DNA from: Haliotis rubra
Taxonomy: Eukaryota
NCBI RefSeq assembly: GCF_003918875.1
Contig: NW_025767697.1
Coordinates: 186,001 to 250,000 of the forward strand
DNA length: 64,000 nucleotides
Reading direction: 5' to 3'
The number at the start of each line of letters is the position of its first letter. Position 1 is the first letter of the stretch. The notes below the pieces were generated by a model. The model did not search any database. It was not told where the DNA came from and worked only from the letters and a program-made list of their open reading frames with translations. Shown here one piece after another: positions 12,701 to 25,537 of the stretch. The translations under genes were made by a program, and so were the position numbers.

Positions 12701-15700
12701 TAGTTCCAAGGAAGATAGATATGTATATGCTTGCTTTGTTTGTTTTTATTTATGTATCATCTTTAATTTTCGCGGACCTTTTTCAAATGTATTAAAGAAC
12801 TGCAAGAAAAGATGTAGACATATAAGTAAACCTAATTCAAAAGCCTTAATAATGTTGTTGCTATGCAGTGAAAACATACCGAAATAGCGTTCGATCACAA
12901 TTGTTTAATGTATCGTGCACATCAATAATGTTCATACTCATACAAGAGAAACTCACTGCTAATACACGTATGGCGGTAAATATCTCATGTGAGCGGCTGA
13001 AAACGTTTAACGTATAATTAAGGTCATACAACGTCAGTATACACTCACCAATAGATGTAGACTGTTTAAATGCCGCTGTTTCAGTTGTTGGTGTGTCCGA
13101 AGTACTTGGAATGGTTGTACTCTGTGACGGCTGCTGTGTTGACGTAGTCGTGGTTGATGTATTCAATTTTTCTCCGCTGATAGTTATGTTCATTTGACCT
13201 GAATCTATGAACAAGTTATTTCTGCAGGATTCTCGAGGTCCAAGTTATATGTTTATCTTTAAGACAATTCTAGCGTGATATAGGGCTATACGTCATGTCA
13301 TTTACGTACTGAAGAATCGGTTACAATAACAATTACAGTGATTACAGTAAACTAGTTAGAAAGGCATCAGTTCGTATTTCTGGTTAATGTATTAGTTAGA
13401 TAAACAGTTATCACAGTAATGACAGTTATCATATGGGATACTCCAAAAGATAGTTTGATTAATACACACCGGCAACGCGTATCCATAGATTTGATCCATC
13501 CTGATCATGGTTATCGTAGACTATAACTATTTCGGCAGCTGTTCCAGGTAATACCCTGTTGTGCTGGTTCACGTTCACGTTTGTCCCGAGTTGTCTCCCG
13601 TCACCGGAGATGTTAAGCATCCCTGACTTCATCCGCTGTTCCACCAACGTTACTTGTAAAGTCTGCCCTGTGATCCTAACAACACAGCTGCTGGTCACAC
13701 CGACACTGTCAGGGAAGCCGGGAGAATGGAGGTACACCGACCCGCTTACTGTTGTTGTGACTGGACTACACATGTTCATACTACCTGAAACACAATGACA
13801 CAGGACAAGTAAGATAAGGTTTATGTTGGGATTTGAGACATATGTCATGAGTCACATTGAGCGAATTGCTCACACATGCTAGATTTTGCTTTGGCTTCAT
13901 GTTGATCAAGGTTGATATGACTGACTGACTGAGTTTGGTTTTACGTCGCTTTTAGCAATATTCCAGCTACATCACGGCGGGGGGAACACCAGAATACATG
14001 TACCCATGTGGGGATTCGAACCCGGATCTTCGGCGTGACGAGCCAACGCTTTAACAACTAGGCTACCCCACCGCCCCAGGTTGATATGAAGTTAACTAGC
14101 AGCTCCAAGAACCAACGCTCATTAATTACTGTCAATGTTACTGATTTGTATTGTTACCAGGATAAGGATGTTCTGTCCTACTGGCAACACTAAGGTCAAA
14201 ATCTAGATTACAGTAGGCATGAAATTCAACGATAGTCGAAGTAAAAACATTTTTTTTTTTTAAAATTAGCATACGAATTAGTAGTTGGCAGCATCCTGCG
14301 TTTGGTGTTTACAATATATATTGCTGATGGTTTGTCAAGTTTGTTGCACTCAGCAATACTCAATATTCCAGCTATATTGCGGCAGTCTTAAAATAATCTG
14401 AACCAGACAAGACAGTGATAAACAGCATGAACAGCGATCTACGCAATTGGGATACGATGACATATGTCAGTCAGATCAGCAAGCCTGACCACTCGATCCC
14501 ATTAGTCGGTTCCTTCGACAACGTAACACGTGATATAATTGGGATTACACGTTCACAGTAAAGTACAGATTCTAGTACTTGTGTTTGGTTGAGTCGCATT
14601 CCAGATTCGAACACACGCTCTCAGAGTCAAGCACTTAATCGGTTGTAGTTTAGAGCACGGAATTTGTGTACCCCTCTCACAAGTGTAAATTGGCACGGCT
14701 CCATCGGCCGACAGCTGGGAATACACAATGCCATTTAGAAAGAGGTCAAATGGTACACATGAATCTATACTTTATTGACAAAGTGCAATCCCAATATAAC
14801 ATGTCTTACTTTTGATGACTTTGTAAATGGTATTGTCTATTCGTTATTACGACAAGCATTGGTTGCTTATAGAGCAGTGTTTTTCGGTGTTGAAACACGT
14901 CTACCGGAGGAATAGCTAGATGTATCTTTGGAAAGTTCAGGATCTCTTGTCATTTTGGGTTGTTTCCATGGTAACCATACAATTTTAGAAAGACCGCTTT
15001 TGCTATATATAAATGGCGAAGTCATCACAATTTTAACTATATTTAGTCAATGCTCTGAGTGTTTCTGATACAACAAGCATTGCGTCTCCAATACATGTAA
15101 CACGTCAAGGGCACAGGTCAAGGTCACAACAGTCGAATTGTGGCTGTTTTTGTTCAGAAGTCAATATAATTGTAATGTTGCATTTTTCGTAACTGATGCG
15201 TGCATTATACGTCCAGGACCATGCATTTCGTATCGTAAGAAACGATAGAATGAACTTTCTGAAAAAGGTAAAATAATTATAGAAAGCATGGCCTGTAATG
15301 CGTCTCCATGGTTACTATAATTTATGTATTTTTTGTTGCATTTACCTTCACCGAATCTGCATCCACAAGAAGTAGGAGGTGGAAAATCTAGTTGCCTAAC
15401 ACGGCTGTGACACCATACAAAAGTCGATATTCATAACTGGTCAATAATATTCAAGCCTGATAGCGTCCTGTAATTATCAGTATATTGTGAGCTGAGCTTA
15501 CAATAACATGGGTGCTGAGAATGAGGTTAGATGACATGCACGTCGAGATCAAATGTGTGAGAATGACAAACACCTAACGTGACAATGAAAACCTTGATAG
15601 AAAACGCAGTATACCATGGTCCGCAATATGGTAAAGAGCTAGTGATCATAAGTTACGGAAACAGTAACACAATGCATAAAAGACTACTGGGTTTAAATAT

Positions 15701-17981
15701 TGACTCATACGTGTAGGTAAAATGAATCATACACTGACATTATCCATATCATTCCTTGTTCATGTTGTCAGTTTGATATACATGTAGTACTAAGTGTAGG
15801 ATATAACATGACCCGCGGGCAGTATTGAAAAGTAAGCCCATTTCCCAAGGGAAGAGGGCTTACTTTTCAATAATGCCCACTTGCATGTTATATCCAACTT
15901 ATAAACCGACCGAAGATATACTTTAGATATAATTTCAATATTTGGTATTTACTGTTGAAATCAACTGGGATGAGACTGGCAGCCGACGCCTCGCAATGCA
16001 CGTGCTAGCCGTGCCCTGCACGTGCGCTGCCCGCACTACCCGTCTTGGGAGGAACACACGGTTCATACCGACAAACAATCTCATTCTTTACAGCGATCCT
16101 TCGTAGCCTTGTGGATAAAACCGCCAAGCTAGTAAGCGAAGGGTTACGTGTTCGAAACCGGGTGTCAGCACTACATGTCGGAAATTGTCAATGACGCCAT
16201 ATTTTAAGATCGAATTCAGTGATGGCAAGACAAAGCCGTATCAATCTTCAAAACAAGTATTAATTCAAAGTCAAGGGCTATTCCTCAGAAAATCACGGGG
16301 CAGAGGAACGTTATTAAGATAATTGCCCGAAGAAGCGAGATTGTATCAGATTTTAGGGATATTACGAGAAAAAGTATCCCCTAAGAACAATAGAGTAACG
16401 TCACTGTCGGTTTATAAGTATGGGTTTAATCACGAGGACCTGGTGTCTAATCGCTGAAATGGTTAGCGCGACCTAGAGTCCGTCGGTCGTGCGAGATCCA
16501 CGTTATACATGTTCCTTGAGTCTTTCACACGAGCACCTTTTTTGCTTTGGCTTCTCGACTTATGAAATGCATGTGCATATGTGCATGTTCCAAGACAACG
16601 AAATAATCCACCTGGGACCAGCTCGAGCATATATATGCTTCACCGAGACAAGTACTAGCATCGCCTTCATTGACAGGGTTTGTTTCTATATTTTCGTGTA
16701 GCACATGCGCATAATCCAGACAATAACATGACACGTACCAAATCAACCAAATATTTCACAGTTCTTAAATGGGGAAATTATTAGTAAATAAATATTTCTG
16801 GTTACTTTCATAAAGATTTGTTACTGTCTTACTAACAGTCAACGACCAAAGTTGCCTTTGATACAGAAGTTCTTTACTTCAGCACTGAGCAGCACCGGTA
16901 ATACTGCAGTTGCTATCCGACTGTGCATCCAGCGTCTGCAAATTCGTTTATGACGTTCATGGTAAATATTTACAATAATATGTCTATAATGGACTCAGTG
17001 GCTGATATTAAAGAAATCAGTGTTTATACGTAGATCTACTACAGGTGTCTCCAATGATCACCTTTGATACAGATATACCATATTGAAGTCTCACCTTTGA
17101 TACAGTTGTACTTTACTTCAGCAGCAGCATCGGTAATATTACAGTTGTTGATGGTCGGTACCTGCATGGCTTCATAACATGACTGTTTCCCATTACAGTT
17201 TACGACCAGGCCATACTGGCTGCTGTCGAGTTTCTTACTACACGACTCAGCAGATTTCACACGACATGTCGTATCTCCATCCCCATACACCTCGTGCACG
17301 ACATGTATCCATTCCCCGGCAGGACACTGAAGCTGTACTGTAAAGACTTTCGTCAAATCCTCTATACATGTGTTTTCAGTCTTGTCACCTTTGAATATAT
17401 TGAAACTCGTTCAGTCAAACATACTTGACAAAATATACTTGAATATATTGTTCCAATTGACGGTAAAACCCTATTTGTTTTGAAATAAACGAGACGTTTC
17501 GAAGCAAAGATGCAGCGTCATCTTTAAAACATGAAATTCTGTGTGACTTCAATTCACAAAACTAGTGCGTATATATGCTGATAGGTAAACATTGCTTAAA
17601 CGCTGCAGAAATGTGTAATGTTGTCTTAAATGTGATCAATTATCAGTGTGTATTTGTACACAGTCTGAGTCTAAGTCTGATTTGGACTTTGTTGTAAGAG
17701 GTGTCTCAAAGGTATGTATCATACCACAGTTAATGTTTAAAATGGCTTGTGAGCTTTAAAATCCAGTGGCATGTAAGGCTTTTGACACTTGCGCGTCAGT
17801 CACAACAAATCACACGTACATAATGCGATATAAAATCATACGGCAACCGGAATTATGAGGAAATAATCACATTACACATACTGAAATACAGAATACAAAG
17901 ACACGTTTGTCTGTACCATTACTCACCATATACAGCCAAGAAGAAATGTAGACAGATCACAAACACCCTTTCAACATGCAT
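8280..17981 (-). CDS. Gene A (multi-exon): type I membrane receptor, SP-SUEL lectin-CUB-like-mucin-TM-long acidic NxxY-repeat tail, about 849 aa
   Basis: Exons 17927-17981, 17095-17388, 13470-13784, 13049-13204, 11220-11330, 10477-10545, 10193-10274 and 8280-9747 all have GT-AG boundaries and compatible phases (1,1,1,1,1,1,2). They sum to 2550 nt, a multiple of 3, provided exon 12570-12678 is skipped. Confidence 0.8.
9788..10040. mobile_element. Possible Tc1/pogo-type MITE
   Basis: TA-flanked, with imperfect inverted ends (tacagccgacccttattatcc...gataacgggatttgacagta). Confidence 0.35.
10193..10274 (-). CDS. Gene A transmembrane exon
   Basis: CAG|GA...TGC AG|GTAAT. Encodes GLIIWVASAVSGCVVTILIVVISVVLCR; 82 nt, phase 1 to 2. 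Confidence 0.85.
10477..10545 (-). CDS. Gene A Ser/Thr stalk exon
   Basis: CAG|TA...CCG G|GTAGGT. Encodes FSTNMTTKNGEASFTTTSSPEP; 69 nt. Confidence 0.7.
11220..11330 (-). CDS. Gene A mucin-like exon
   Basis: CAG|AT...ACA G|GTGAA. Encodes DQSTMSETVTRDPTTNTTTALTTPKSTTAVTTPKSYT; 111 nt. Confidence 0.75.
12570..12678 (-). pseudogene. Gene A mucin exon 2, frameshifted (109 nt), probably skipped
   Basis: Homologous to the intact 120-123-nt exons in C, D and E. It has a 1-nt insertion (tcgtttgatt), an internal deletion and a weakened donor (T|GTAACC). Confidence 0.65.
13049..13204 (-). CDS. Gene A CUB-end/mucin exon 1 (alternative acceptor at 13198)
   Basis: Encodes DSGQMNITISGEKLNTSTTTTSTQQPSQSTT...TSIG; donor G|GTGAGT. 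Confidence 0.8.
13470..13784 (-). CDS. Gene A CUB-like exon
   Basis: 315 nt, phase 1-1. MCSPVTTTVSGSVYLHSPGFPDSVGVTSSCVVRI matches the CUB N-terminal C...G.l.SPgFP...C.w.I pattern. Confidence 0.8.
13921..14077 (-). mobile_element. tRNA-derived SINE
   Basis: A/B-box head (ggtagcctagttgttaaagcg...gggttcgaatccc), (cagt)n tail and 12-bp TSD aggttgatatga. Related copies at about 32320-32478 and 38875-38980. Confidence 0.8.
15796..16414. mobile_element. Non-autonomous element with terminal palindrome (Crypton-like)
   Basis: Absent from the homologous intron of gene D (about 45855). About 100-bp hairpin at 15797-15898 (ggatataacatg...catgttatatcc), and ttataaaccgac/gtcggtttataa inverted pair. Confidence 0.55.
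17095..17388 (-). CDS. Gene A SUEL/Gal_lectin (rhamnose-binding-lectin-like) exon, intact
   Basis: 294 nt, phase 1-1. Eight Cys in SUEL spacing: C..LQC..G..I....VYG....C....C...CNGKQSC...C...V.YNC. Confidence 0.85.
17927..17981 (-). CDS. Gene A first coding exon (signal peptide)
   Basis: gccATG start; encodes MHVERVFVICLHFFLAVY; donor G|GTGAGT. Confidence 0.75.
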
Positions 17982-20943
17982 GGCTGTTAGATCTCAGTCA
18001 TCAGAAGTTCAATGCGTGCTTTCTGTACGTCCATGGATACAGAACATGGCGTCTCTATTCAGGCATGCCGTTAAACTGTTGGATTCCTATTCAATATGTA
18101 GCAAGTTGCCTTGTTCAAATTCACGCACATCCGCCATCGAATACACAGGAAATGTAAACAACATTCGTCAATTCATGACTAGACTGCTTGTATATAATCA
18201 CGCTGTCAGGTCGTCTTCGTCTATGTTCGTACCTGTGAATCCATTAGGTACTCCAAAACATAAACCTACAGTCGTATCTACATCACGTAGGCAAACAGTA
18301 GACTCTATGTAAGTGAATGTGTTAAATAGTCTGAACAAACCCAAAGACGTTACTTTTATAACCAGCACGATGAAATGACGAACCGACTAACGTCAACAGG
18401 TCGCTATGTGTTATTGATAGTTAAATGCACGAGTAAACGTCCCTCGAGGACGACCAGGTCTCAGGTATGAACAGGGAAGTAAAATGAGTGCCTTGTGACT
18501 ATACATATAGAGCATGCTGTGAGTTACGCGGGTCTATCTTGCCCCAACACACAACGTCACAATCGATCATGTTTGTTTGCTTCGTGATTCAACTAGTTTT
18601 TCGTTTGGATTTGGACAGTAGCGGGGCGGCTGGTGGTGATGGGGCGTGATCTGCTTACGACAGTTAAGTGGGTTTTGTTTAATCATAAGTGTATTTCGGT
18701 ATTTCTAATGATGCAGACAATCTTCCAACTGCAATTGAAGCTTTGTTAATAGAGAGAGTTATCTTCCTTCAAGTGTATCATAAATACCACTCGATCATAT
18801 ACACGATGCAATTGAATTATGCGGACATTGGTCAATGGGGAAAGCTGGCAGTCTATTCAAGAAGGGGATATAGAGAAACAATAGTAGTGTTGCATCAAAC
18901 ACCCGTAACTTTGTTAGCTTATTAATAAAAATAGTAAGAAACAAAAGAAGTAAGGTTTCTAAGAAAAACCGCCATGGTTAGAATGAGAGATATGGTTTCG
19001 AGAACAGACAAGCGGTGTGTCTACTTTTACTGTAGTGTTCAGAAATTGCAGATTTGCCGTTGTCAGTCTATATTAAAGACTCAGCCACTTGTTTTGTGTT
19101 ATTTTATTTTGTCTGTACCGATCACACGCATCAAGAGCTGTATTTACACTGTTTTATCATCCGGTTTACGCCTGAAATGAAGACATGATATAATATTTGG
19201 ATAATTTTTTTTTTTTTTTATAAAGGCAGTAATGCATGAGATGCACGTCAGTAAAGTAATCGATTAGGTTTCTCTTTGCACTTGGACTATCTATAAATAT
19301 AGACATGAGCTATACAGAACATCAACGTTTTCAGGTAAAATATGCTCGATTGAAGACGTTTACACTTGAAATACTGTTTAAAATTATAGTTCTTAGAGCT
19401 TAGAAAGGCATCTTCACTAACAGATCTTCCACTTTCAATGCAATATTTGCACAGTCATTCAGTGTATGGGATCGTCGGCATTTAGGGAGTTTCGCAGTCG
19501 TAAAATGTGAATTTGAATGTACTGGCCACTGCATGCTTACCACTTCCAGCACTGTAAACAGTATGTACAGTAGATACTACGTGCATTGCTGACGCCGCAT
19601 TACCAGTTCATACATAAATGCAAAGTTAACTATGAATGAAAGTAAGAACATCACAAGTGTGTGATAAGCAGAATCAATAAGCCTGTCAATTGAATATCCT
19701 TTGAGGTTAATCTACCTTCCTTGAATATCTGAAAGTCAGGATTGACACCCTACACATGTGTGTTGCGCTACCTGACACATGTATAAACCATAAGATGTGT
19801 TTTGGTGTTATGTTTTAAAACCAAAAAAAGATTGTGCATGAGATGGCTGTCGTCACCATGTATCTCAGTTCTAATACTTGGTATTTACATTAAGAGTTTA
19901 CGACCACACTCATTTCACACATACATACTGATAAGTTCTCTCAACCTAGGATTGATTCTCCTTACCTAGAAATTTATCAGCTCCTTGTCACAAAGCCCAA
20001 ACCTCATTGGATATATATACATGGCGGCTCGTTCATTTTCTTACAAACATTATGGCATCGTATTTTTAAAGTATCTCCTTCACATCCTCGGAACACCAGA
20101 ATCTAATATGCCTTTCGGAAGCATTTGTTAGGAACATTGAAACGGTTCTGTTGAGTTTAAGTAAGTTTAATTGAGTTTAATATTATGATGAAGCAGCAAG
20201 AAGTTGCCTTGAAATAGTAATCAAAGTGAGCGAGTTTAAATTTTTGAGTTTTCGAAAAAAAAAAATCATATTTTCATCAATGGCCTATATGCATGTTTAA
20301 TTTTTTCAAGTCCATTGTCAGAAAGTGGCCACATTGCGGAGAGTTTCTGGACTTTTGTGAGTTCGGAATCAAATTGTGACGTGTTGCATTAATTTCATGA
20401 TGGCATCGTATTGCAACTTCTAAATACTTACCAATGACTTGCCTAACATGATATCTTTCAATAACTACCGCCACTGTGTATAGAAGGCGCCTCATGATAT
20501 AAATTTGAACGGTCTTCATTTCGATATTAAATAACTAAAATGAACGGCATATTTTCTTCTCATTTCATCCTTATATCTATCCTTAAAAGACATTAAACAT
20601 CATCATGTATTTATACAAAAAGGAATATAGCAACTATCAACTTCAATATATTATAAGTCTTCAGGGGAAAATGTGGGCAGGCATGACCCAGTCGTCTGTG
20701 CGGAGTTGCGTCCCCTGAGCGCACCAGAAACCAAGGATCATTGATTGAATTCCGGTTTGTCACGATTAGGTTGGTTCCAAAACCGCCCAAATGGTTAACA
20801 CCTTAGACCTGCTTCACTTCAAAGCGGCGTTAAACGAGACCAACCAACTCTGTTACCTCTGTCACAGGTAAATAATTAATGAATCTGCGGTAATATCAAC
20901 GCGTTTCATTTGATACATATTATATCTGATATGTGTTGATCAA

Positions 20944-20961
20944 GGAAAACGGAAATCGAAA
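20944..20961 (+). promoter_or_regulatory. Candidate IRF-binding (ISRE-like) element upstream of gene B
   Basis: GGAAAACGGAAATCGAAA contains GAAANNGAAA, about 165 nt upstream of the ATG at 21124. Confidence 0.3.
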
Positions 20962-21123
20962 TCATTATTAATATATATGATTCGATGACGTTCTTATAAA
21001 TCAGTTACAGTTTACGGGATTATTAGACTGTGGTTATGGGAGATAATGCTTCACTATTTGAGCGAAGAAAGACATGCCAGTGTAAATATGAGCAGTGGTT
21101 AGTTCTCCACGTTCCTGCAAGAA

Positions 21124-24100
21124 ATGGGTACTTACAGTTTTACATTTTGGACTTGTGTGCTGTTTTACATGCGATGTTTACACATTTCCTCAGGTAAGCC
21201 GATCTATATTGCTCTAAGTATCTCCCCAACAATGACGGCTTTCGAATCTGTTATATAATATTTAATTCACATTCTTTTAATCAAACGCTGAACGTGTAAA
21301 AAAATCTAGAACAAGAGCCAGGGGAGACCAAACTGTTTGTCTCGTAACTATATTCCGCTGTTACGCTTTCTCCGGTATTTGTTACATATGTTATAATTGG
21401 AGTTTACACTTTCTTACTAAAGTAAAAATTCTAGTACTTTTTGGGGTTGAGTCCCATCCGGGATTCGAACCCACATCCTCAGAGTCAGCCGCCTAACCCG
21501 CTCAGCTCAGTGTAAATGTAACATGTTACATTTAACCACTTTCTAAATGGCATTGTGTACATGTAATCATAGCTTTCGGTCGTGGGGGCCGTGCCAATTT
21601 GCACTTATCACAGGGGTACACATGGTCCGCAGTCTAGACTACCAGTTGTCAGACATCCATTTTTGGGGAGGCCGCGGTAGCTGAGCGGGTTAGGCGTCTG
21701 ACTTTGTGTGCTGACGATTTGGTGCCTGACTCTGAGGGTATGGGTTCGAATCCCGGATGTCACTTCAAGCACGCCAACTTAGTGACTGATATTATGAAAA
21801 CAGCATGAGCATCGATCTACGCAACTGGGATTCGATGACGTGTGTCAACCAAGACACGCAATCAACTTAGTTTCACCAAGCCTGCCCGATTCATATTTTG
21901 CCGCTTAAGAGGCACAGGTTGCTAAAAACATGTTATAATGATCCCTTAAGGACCCATCTACACGTAGATATCAACGTGGTATGATCTAAGTACACTGTGC
22001 GGTATTTATGTTTTGGTGACAAACAGTTTAAATCCTTTGATGTATTTAGGGAAACATGATATTACAGCCGGCGTATTTTACAAAGAGCTTTTTTAACCAT
22101 TCTCTGATCATCAGCATCAATGGTCCAGCTAATGTTGTCCAGTTTTTACTTCAGCCAACATCACATCAACAACGCCCACATTAACGCGCTCATTGAATCC
22201 AGAATCGACCATGATGGATCAAACAGACACTACGTACAATAATCCCATCACTTCAGGCAGACTCTCGTCAACAGGTAACATTTACACAGTTGTAATTACT
22301 CCTTTGCAGATAATCAGTGCGCACAGCATTATATGTAGCACGTATGATATTTCCCAATCGACCGATTTCATGCCCATATCGCAATTTTAGGGGGGAAACT
22401 GGATTGTATCTTTAGCTGAGAATATGAGATTCTTAAAATGTATCACGAATTCATCACTGATTAAGTGCCATTTGGTCACTGGTGGTATATAAAGCAAGAC
22501 GGTATCTTACATACATGGATGTACTAATGATAATTGATTGATGGTGTAGAAAGCTGAGGATTTCAACTATCAATTTGTCACAGAATATGTCTATCATTTA
22601 AGCAGCTAGTCAATTAAATGGTTCAAATGTAGAAGATTTTCAAAAGCCGAAAACATCTAAGGTGGAAACATCAGACCGATTGTGTCATGATAGCTCATAA
22701 AGTATATGTGTCTTTCTTAACTTATCGTCTAAAGGGACGATACCGTCAACTCAGCAAAGGACCATGACAACAACTGTAACTGAAGGTAACTATCCATCCA
22801 TTCAACGGGCGTGTGTTGAAAAGTCTTGTACGTCTAGGGATACTTTCTAAAGCTTTCCCAGTTCTTCGTTCTGGAGAATTGCACGGCAACAGATGTACTT
22901 CTTCCCCCTACCTTTATAAATAATCAAAACGCATGTATTTAAGGAAACATAAACGAATTTGGGAAATATATCTAAATTTATTTTATATGCATGTATATGC
23001 CACTGTATGACTATATGACTTGGCTGTAAATCCGGTAGAATGTTACGGTATGTTTTTGTGTAATTTCGTATCATGTTTGAACCAGTTACCACAACGTTAC
23101 CAGGCGATCAGACAACAACTGCCACACAGACTACGGGTAAACGATTTCCAGCCCTTATAAACAATCACAATGGCTGCTCGTTCGGAGGAATTACACGTCT
23201 ACAGATGCACTTCTTGTACCTGCATTTTTGTCAATGTATATGTTTCATCAAATGTATATGCATGTATAGTCCACCGTATTGCAACAACTATATCACATGG
23301 CTGTGAATCCAGTAGAACGTTACGGAACGTTTTTGTTTAATTTCATTTTTTGTTAGAACCAGTCACCACAACGTTACCAGGCGATCAGACGACAACTGCC
23401 ACATGGACTACGGGTAAATGATTTCGAGCGCTTATAAACAATCACAATGACTGCTAATAATTCCCCGTTCGGAGGAATTGCACGTCTATAGATGCACTTC
23501 TTCTACCTGCATATTTGTCAATGCATGTTTCATCAAAATGCATGAATTCAAACAAATATATGAACAAATTTATGAAATACGCATTTCTATGTTTATATAT
23601 GTATATCCCACAACTTTATGACATGGACGTAAATCTGGTGGGATATTACGGTACTGTTTTTATCAGTTTCGGTACTTTTTGTTAGAACCAGTCACCTCAA
23701 CGTTCTCAGGCGATCAGACGACAACTGCCACACAGAATGCAGGAAAACGATTTATAATCCATATAAGTTTTCACAATTGCTGCTGTAGAGGGCATTAATT
23801 TCATACATGCATACTGTATGTGGGCGTGCGTGCGTGCGTGTATGCATGCATGTATGCATGTGTGTAAAGAATGGATGTAATGGATGGATGGATGCATAAT
23901 TTAAGACAAAATGCATGAAATATCATATACGGCTGTGTGTTTCCCCTCTTCCATTCCGTTATCATTTGTTTCGATCAAACACACCGATGAATATAACGTA
24001 ATCTGACTGACTTTTCAACATTTGTATCTGATCAAACAAACATATGTTTCAGATTTTCCACGCTTGGTATTGATTGTAGCAGCTGCTTCAGCCAGTGCAG

Positions 24101-25537
24101 CAGTAGTCATCATAAGCCTTGTTCTCGTGATTGTATGTATGTGAGTGTGTTTGTAGTCACGTATTGTGTCAGTTAGTGTCATAAACCACACTCAGAAATG
24201 TGACGACTACGTCAAGGCGACCGATAAATGGTCAAATCTTTGCCAGACAGATCAGTGACTGACAGCATGAGTACGCTGAAACGTTATGATACATAATCGG
24301 TAAGGTCAAAAAGATGGCCATCCGATCCCCTTTAGTCGCCTCTTACATGCTTAAACATATCCTACCCAGAAATTCCAATTTATGGTTTCAGTAATGACAC
24401 ACTGTCGCGTCAAAAACCTTTGAGATCATAAGACCATGGTGACGTAGATAATCTTATATCCTTCAATAATAATCGATTTCCTTAAAATGATTTATCTATC
24501 TGAACAAAAAGTAAAGGAAATCGATGAAACTGACTCATTTCATTCATATTCAAATATAGACACATAAAGATTCTTGTGACAGATACGTTGAGGACGTTTC
24601 CAAATTGCATGCATCAGTTACAAAACGTATGTCTATTACAACTCCCTATTTTGACTTTGATCCCTTTTATGCGAACATCAGGTGAAAGTCACAGTATGAG
24701 ATTGATTCAAGGAAACATGCCTATGATATAGTCAATATGAATCATACACCGCATCTGTTTTTAATCGAGATTTCGTCGCTTTTAATCTTACCTTTAAGAC
24801 ATCAAGATGTATGACGAAAATTCATTTGGTTTTCTGACATTTGGCCTTGTTTTCAATTTCAGTACAATCACGAAACAGAACATTTCCCCAAACTACGAGC
24901 ATGCGGATGTAATACGTAAAAAGGCCAGTAGATCGAACTGTGACGATTCTACGAACTATGAAGAGTCTGACGTCGCCCGTGCACACCGCAGCACAGACAC
25001 GGGAAACGTGGCGCACGGTGACACCAACCCTGCCAAACGCTACCAACAAAATCTCCGCCAGTTCCTGAAAAGGAAAGAAGTGAGTTCTACAATCTATGAA
25101 GAGTTGGATGGACATCTTGGAATTGTAAAACCGATGTCCTCAGCTCACATTCAGATCCGCGAAACAGGACAGCTGTCACTTCCACAATTTATGAAGCGTC
25201 CGATGTAGTCCTTGGACACCTGGGACTGGAAACATCAGGACTGCCTCCGTGTAAACCAGATTCTACCAACAGCTCAATATTTTACATATGTCAGTCGGGG
25301 AAAAGAAATGACATCGCTTCTGTAATTTATGAAGCGCCAGAATCCAGGGTGTCTGGACATGCTGGACTGGCCGATGCTGCTTCAGGCTCCTATTCTGCCC
25401 TGTGTCAGCTGGGAAGCAAGGAGGTCGAGCACGACTACTCGAAGCTGCATCAGTACGATTCCGTGGCATATGAGGAGCGTCTTCGAGAATCAATGCAGCT
25501 TGGTATGTACAGTGATCCCAGGAACCTTAACATTTGA
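21124..25537 (+). CDS. Gene B (multi-exon): mucin-stalk type I membrane protein with Tyr-rich tail; 1-nt frameshift near 25130
   Basis: Exons: 21124-21193 (MGTYSFTFWTCVLFYMRCLHISS, signal peptide), 22155-22274, 22735-22785, 23086-23136, 23357-23413 (Thr-rich), 24053-24140 (TM: LVLIVAAASASAAVVIISLVLVIVC) and 24863-25208/25537. All are GT-AG and phase-compatible. AATAAA at 25802. 260 aa as assembled, about 370 aa if the frameshift is corrected. Confidence 0.75.
21432..21770. mobile_element. Repeat with two inverted tRNA-like heads in gene B intron 1
   Basis: catccgggattcgaaccca...cctaacccgctcagct (21455-21507) is inverted against agctgagcgggttagg...gggttcgaatcccggatg (21679-21759). The centre is the reverse complement of about 14640-14760. 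Confidence 0.6.
23000..23790 (+). repeat. Tandem triplication of a mucin mini-exon plus intron (about 280-330-nt units); third copy has a GA donor
   Basis: EPVTTTLPGDQTTTAT units at 23086, 23357 and 23686. The third ends G|GAAAAC. Confidence 0.85.

Noticed and set aside
13559-13798. Recurrent plus-strand ORFs (also 31211, 43459, 59223, 47995, 62377)
   Set aside because: Antisense to CUB or SUEL exons; conserved only because the opposite strand is.
13921-14077. tRNA genes here and at about 21700, 32400 and 35440
   Set aside because: They are tRNA-like heads fused to SINE bodies or repeats, two with clear TSDs, not stand-alone cloverleaf genes.
8280-17981. Naming gene A as EVA1C or latrophilin
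   Set aside because: Single SUEL plus CUB and one TM helix. There is no second SUEL, olfactomedin, GAIN or 7TM region, so no symbol was assigned.
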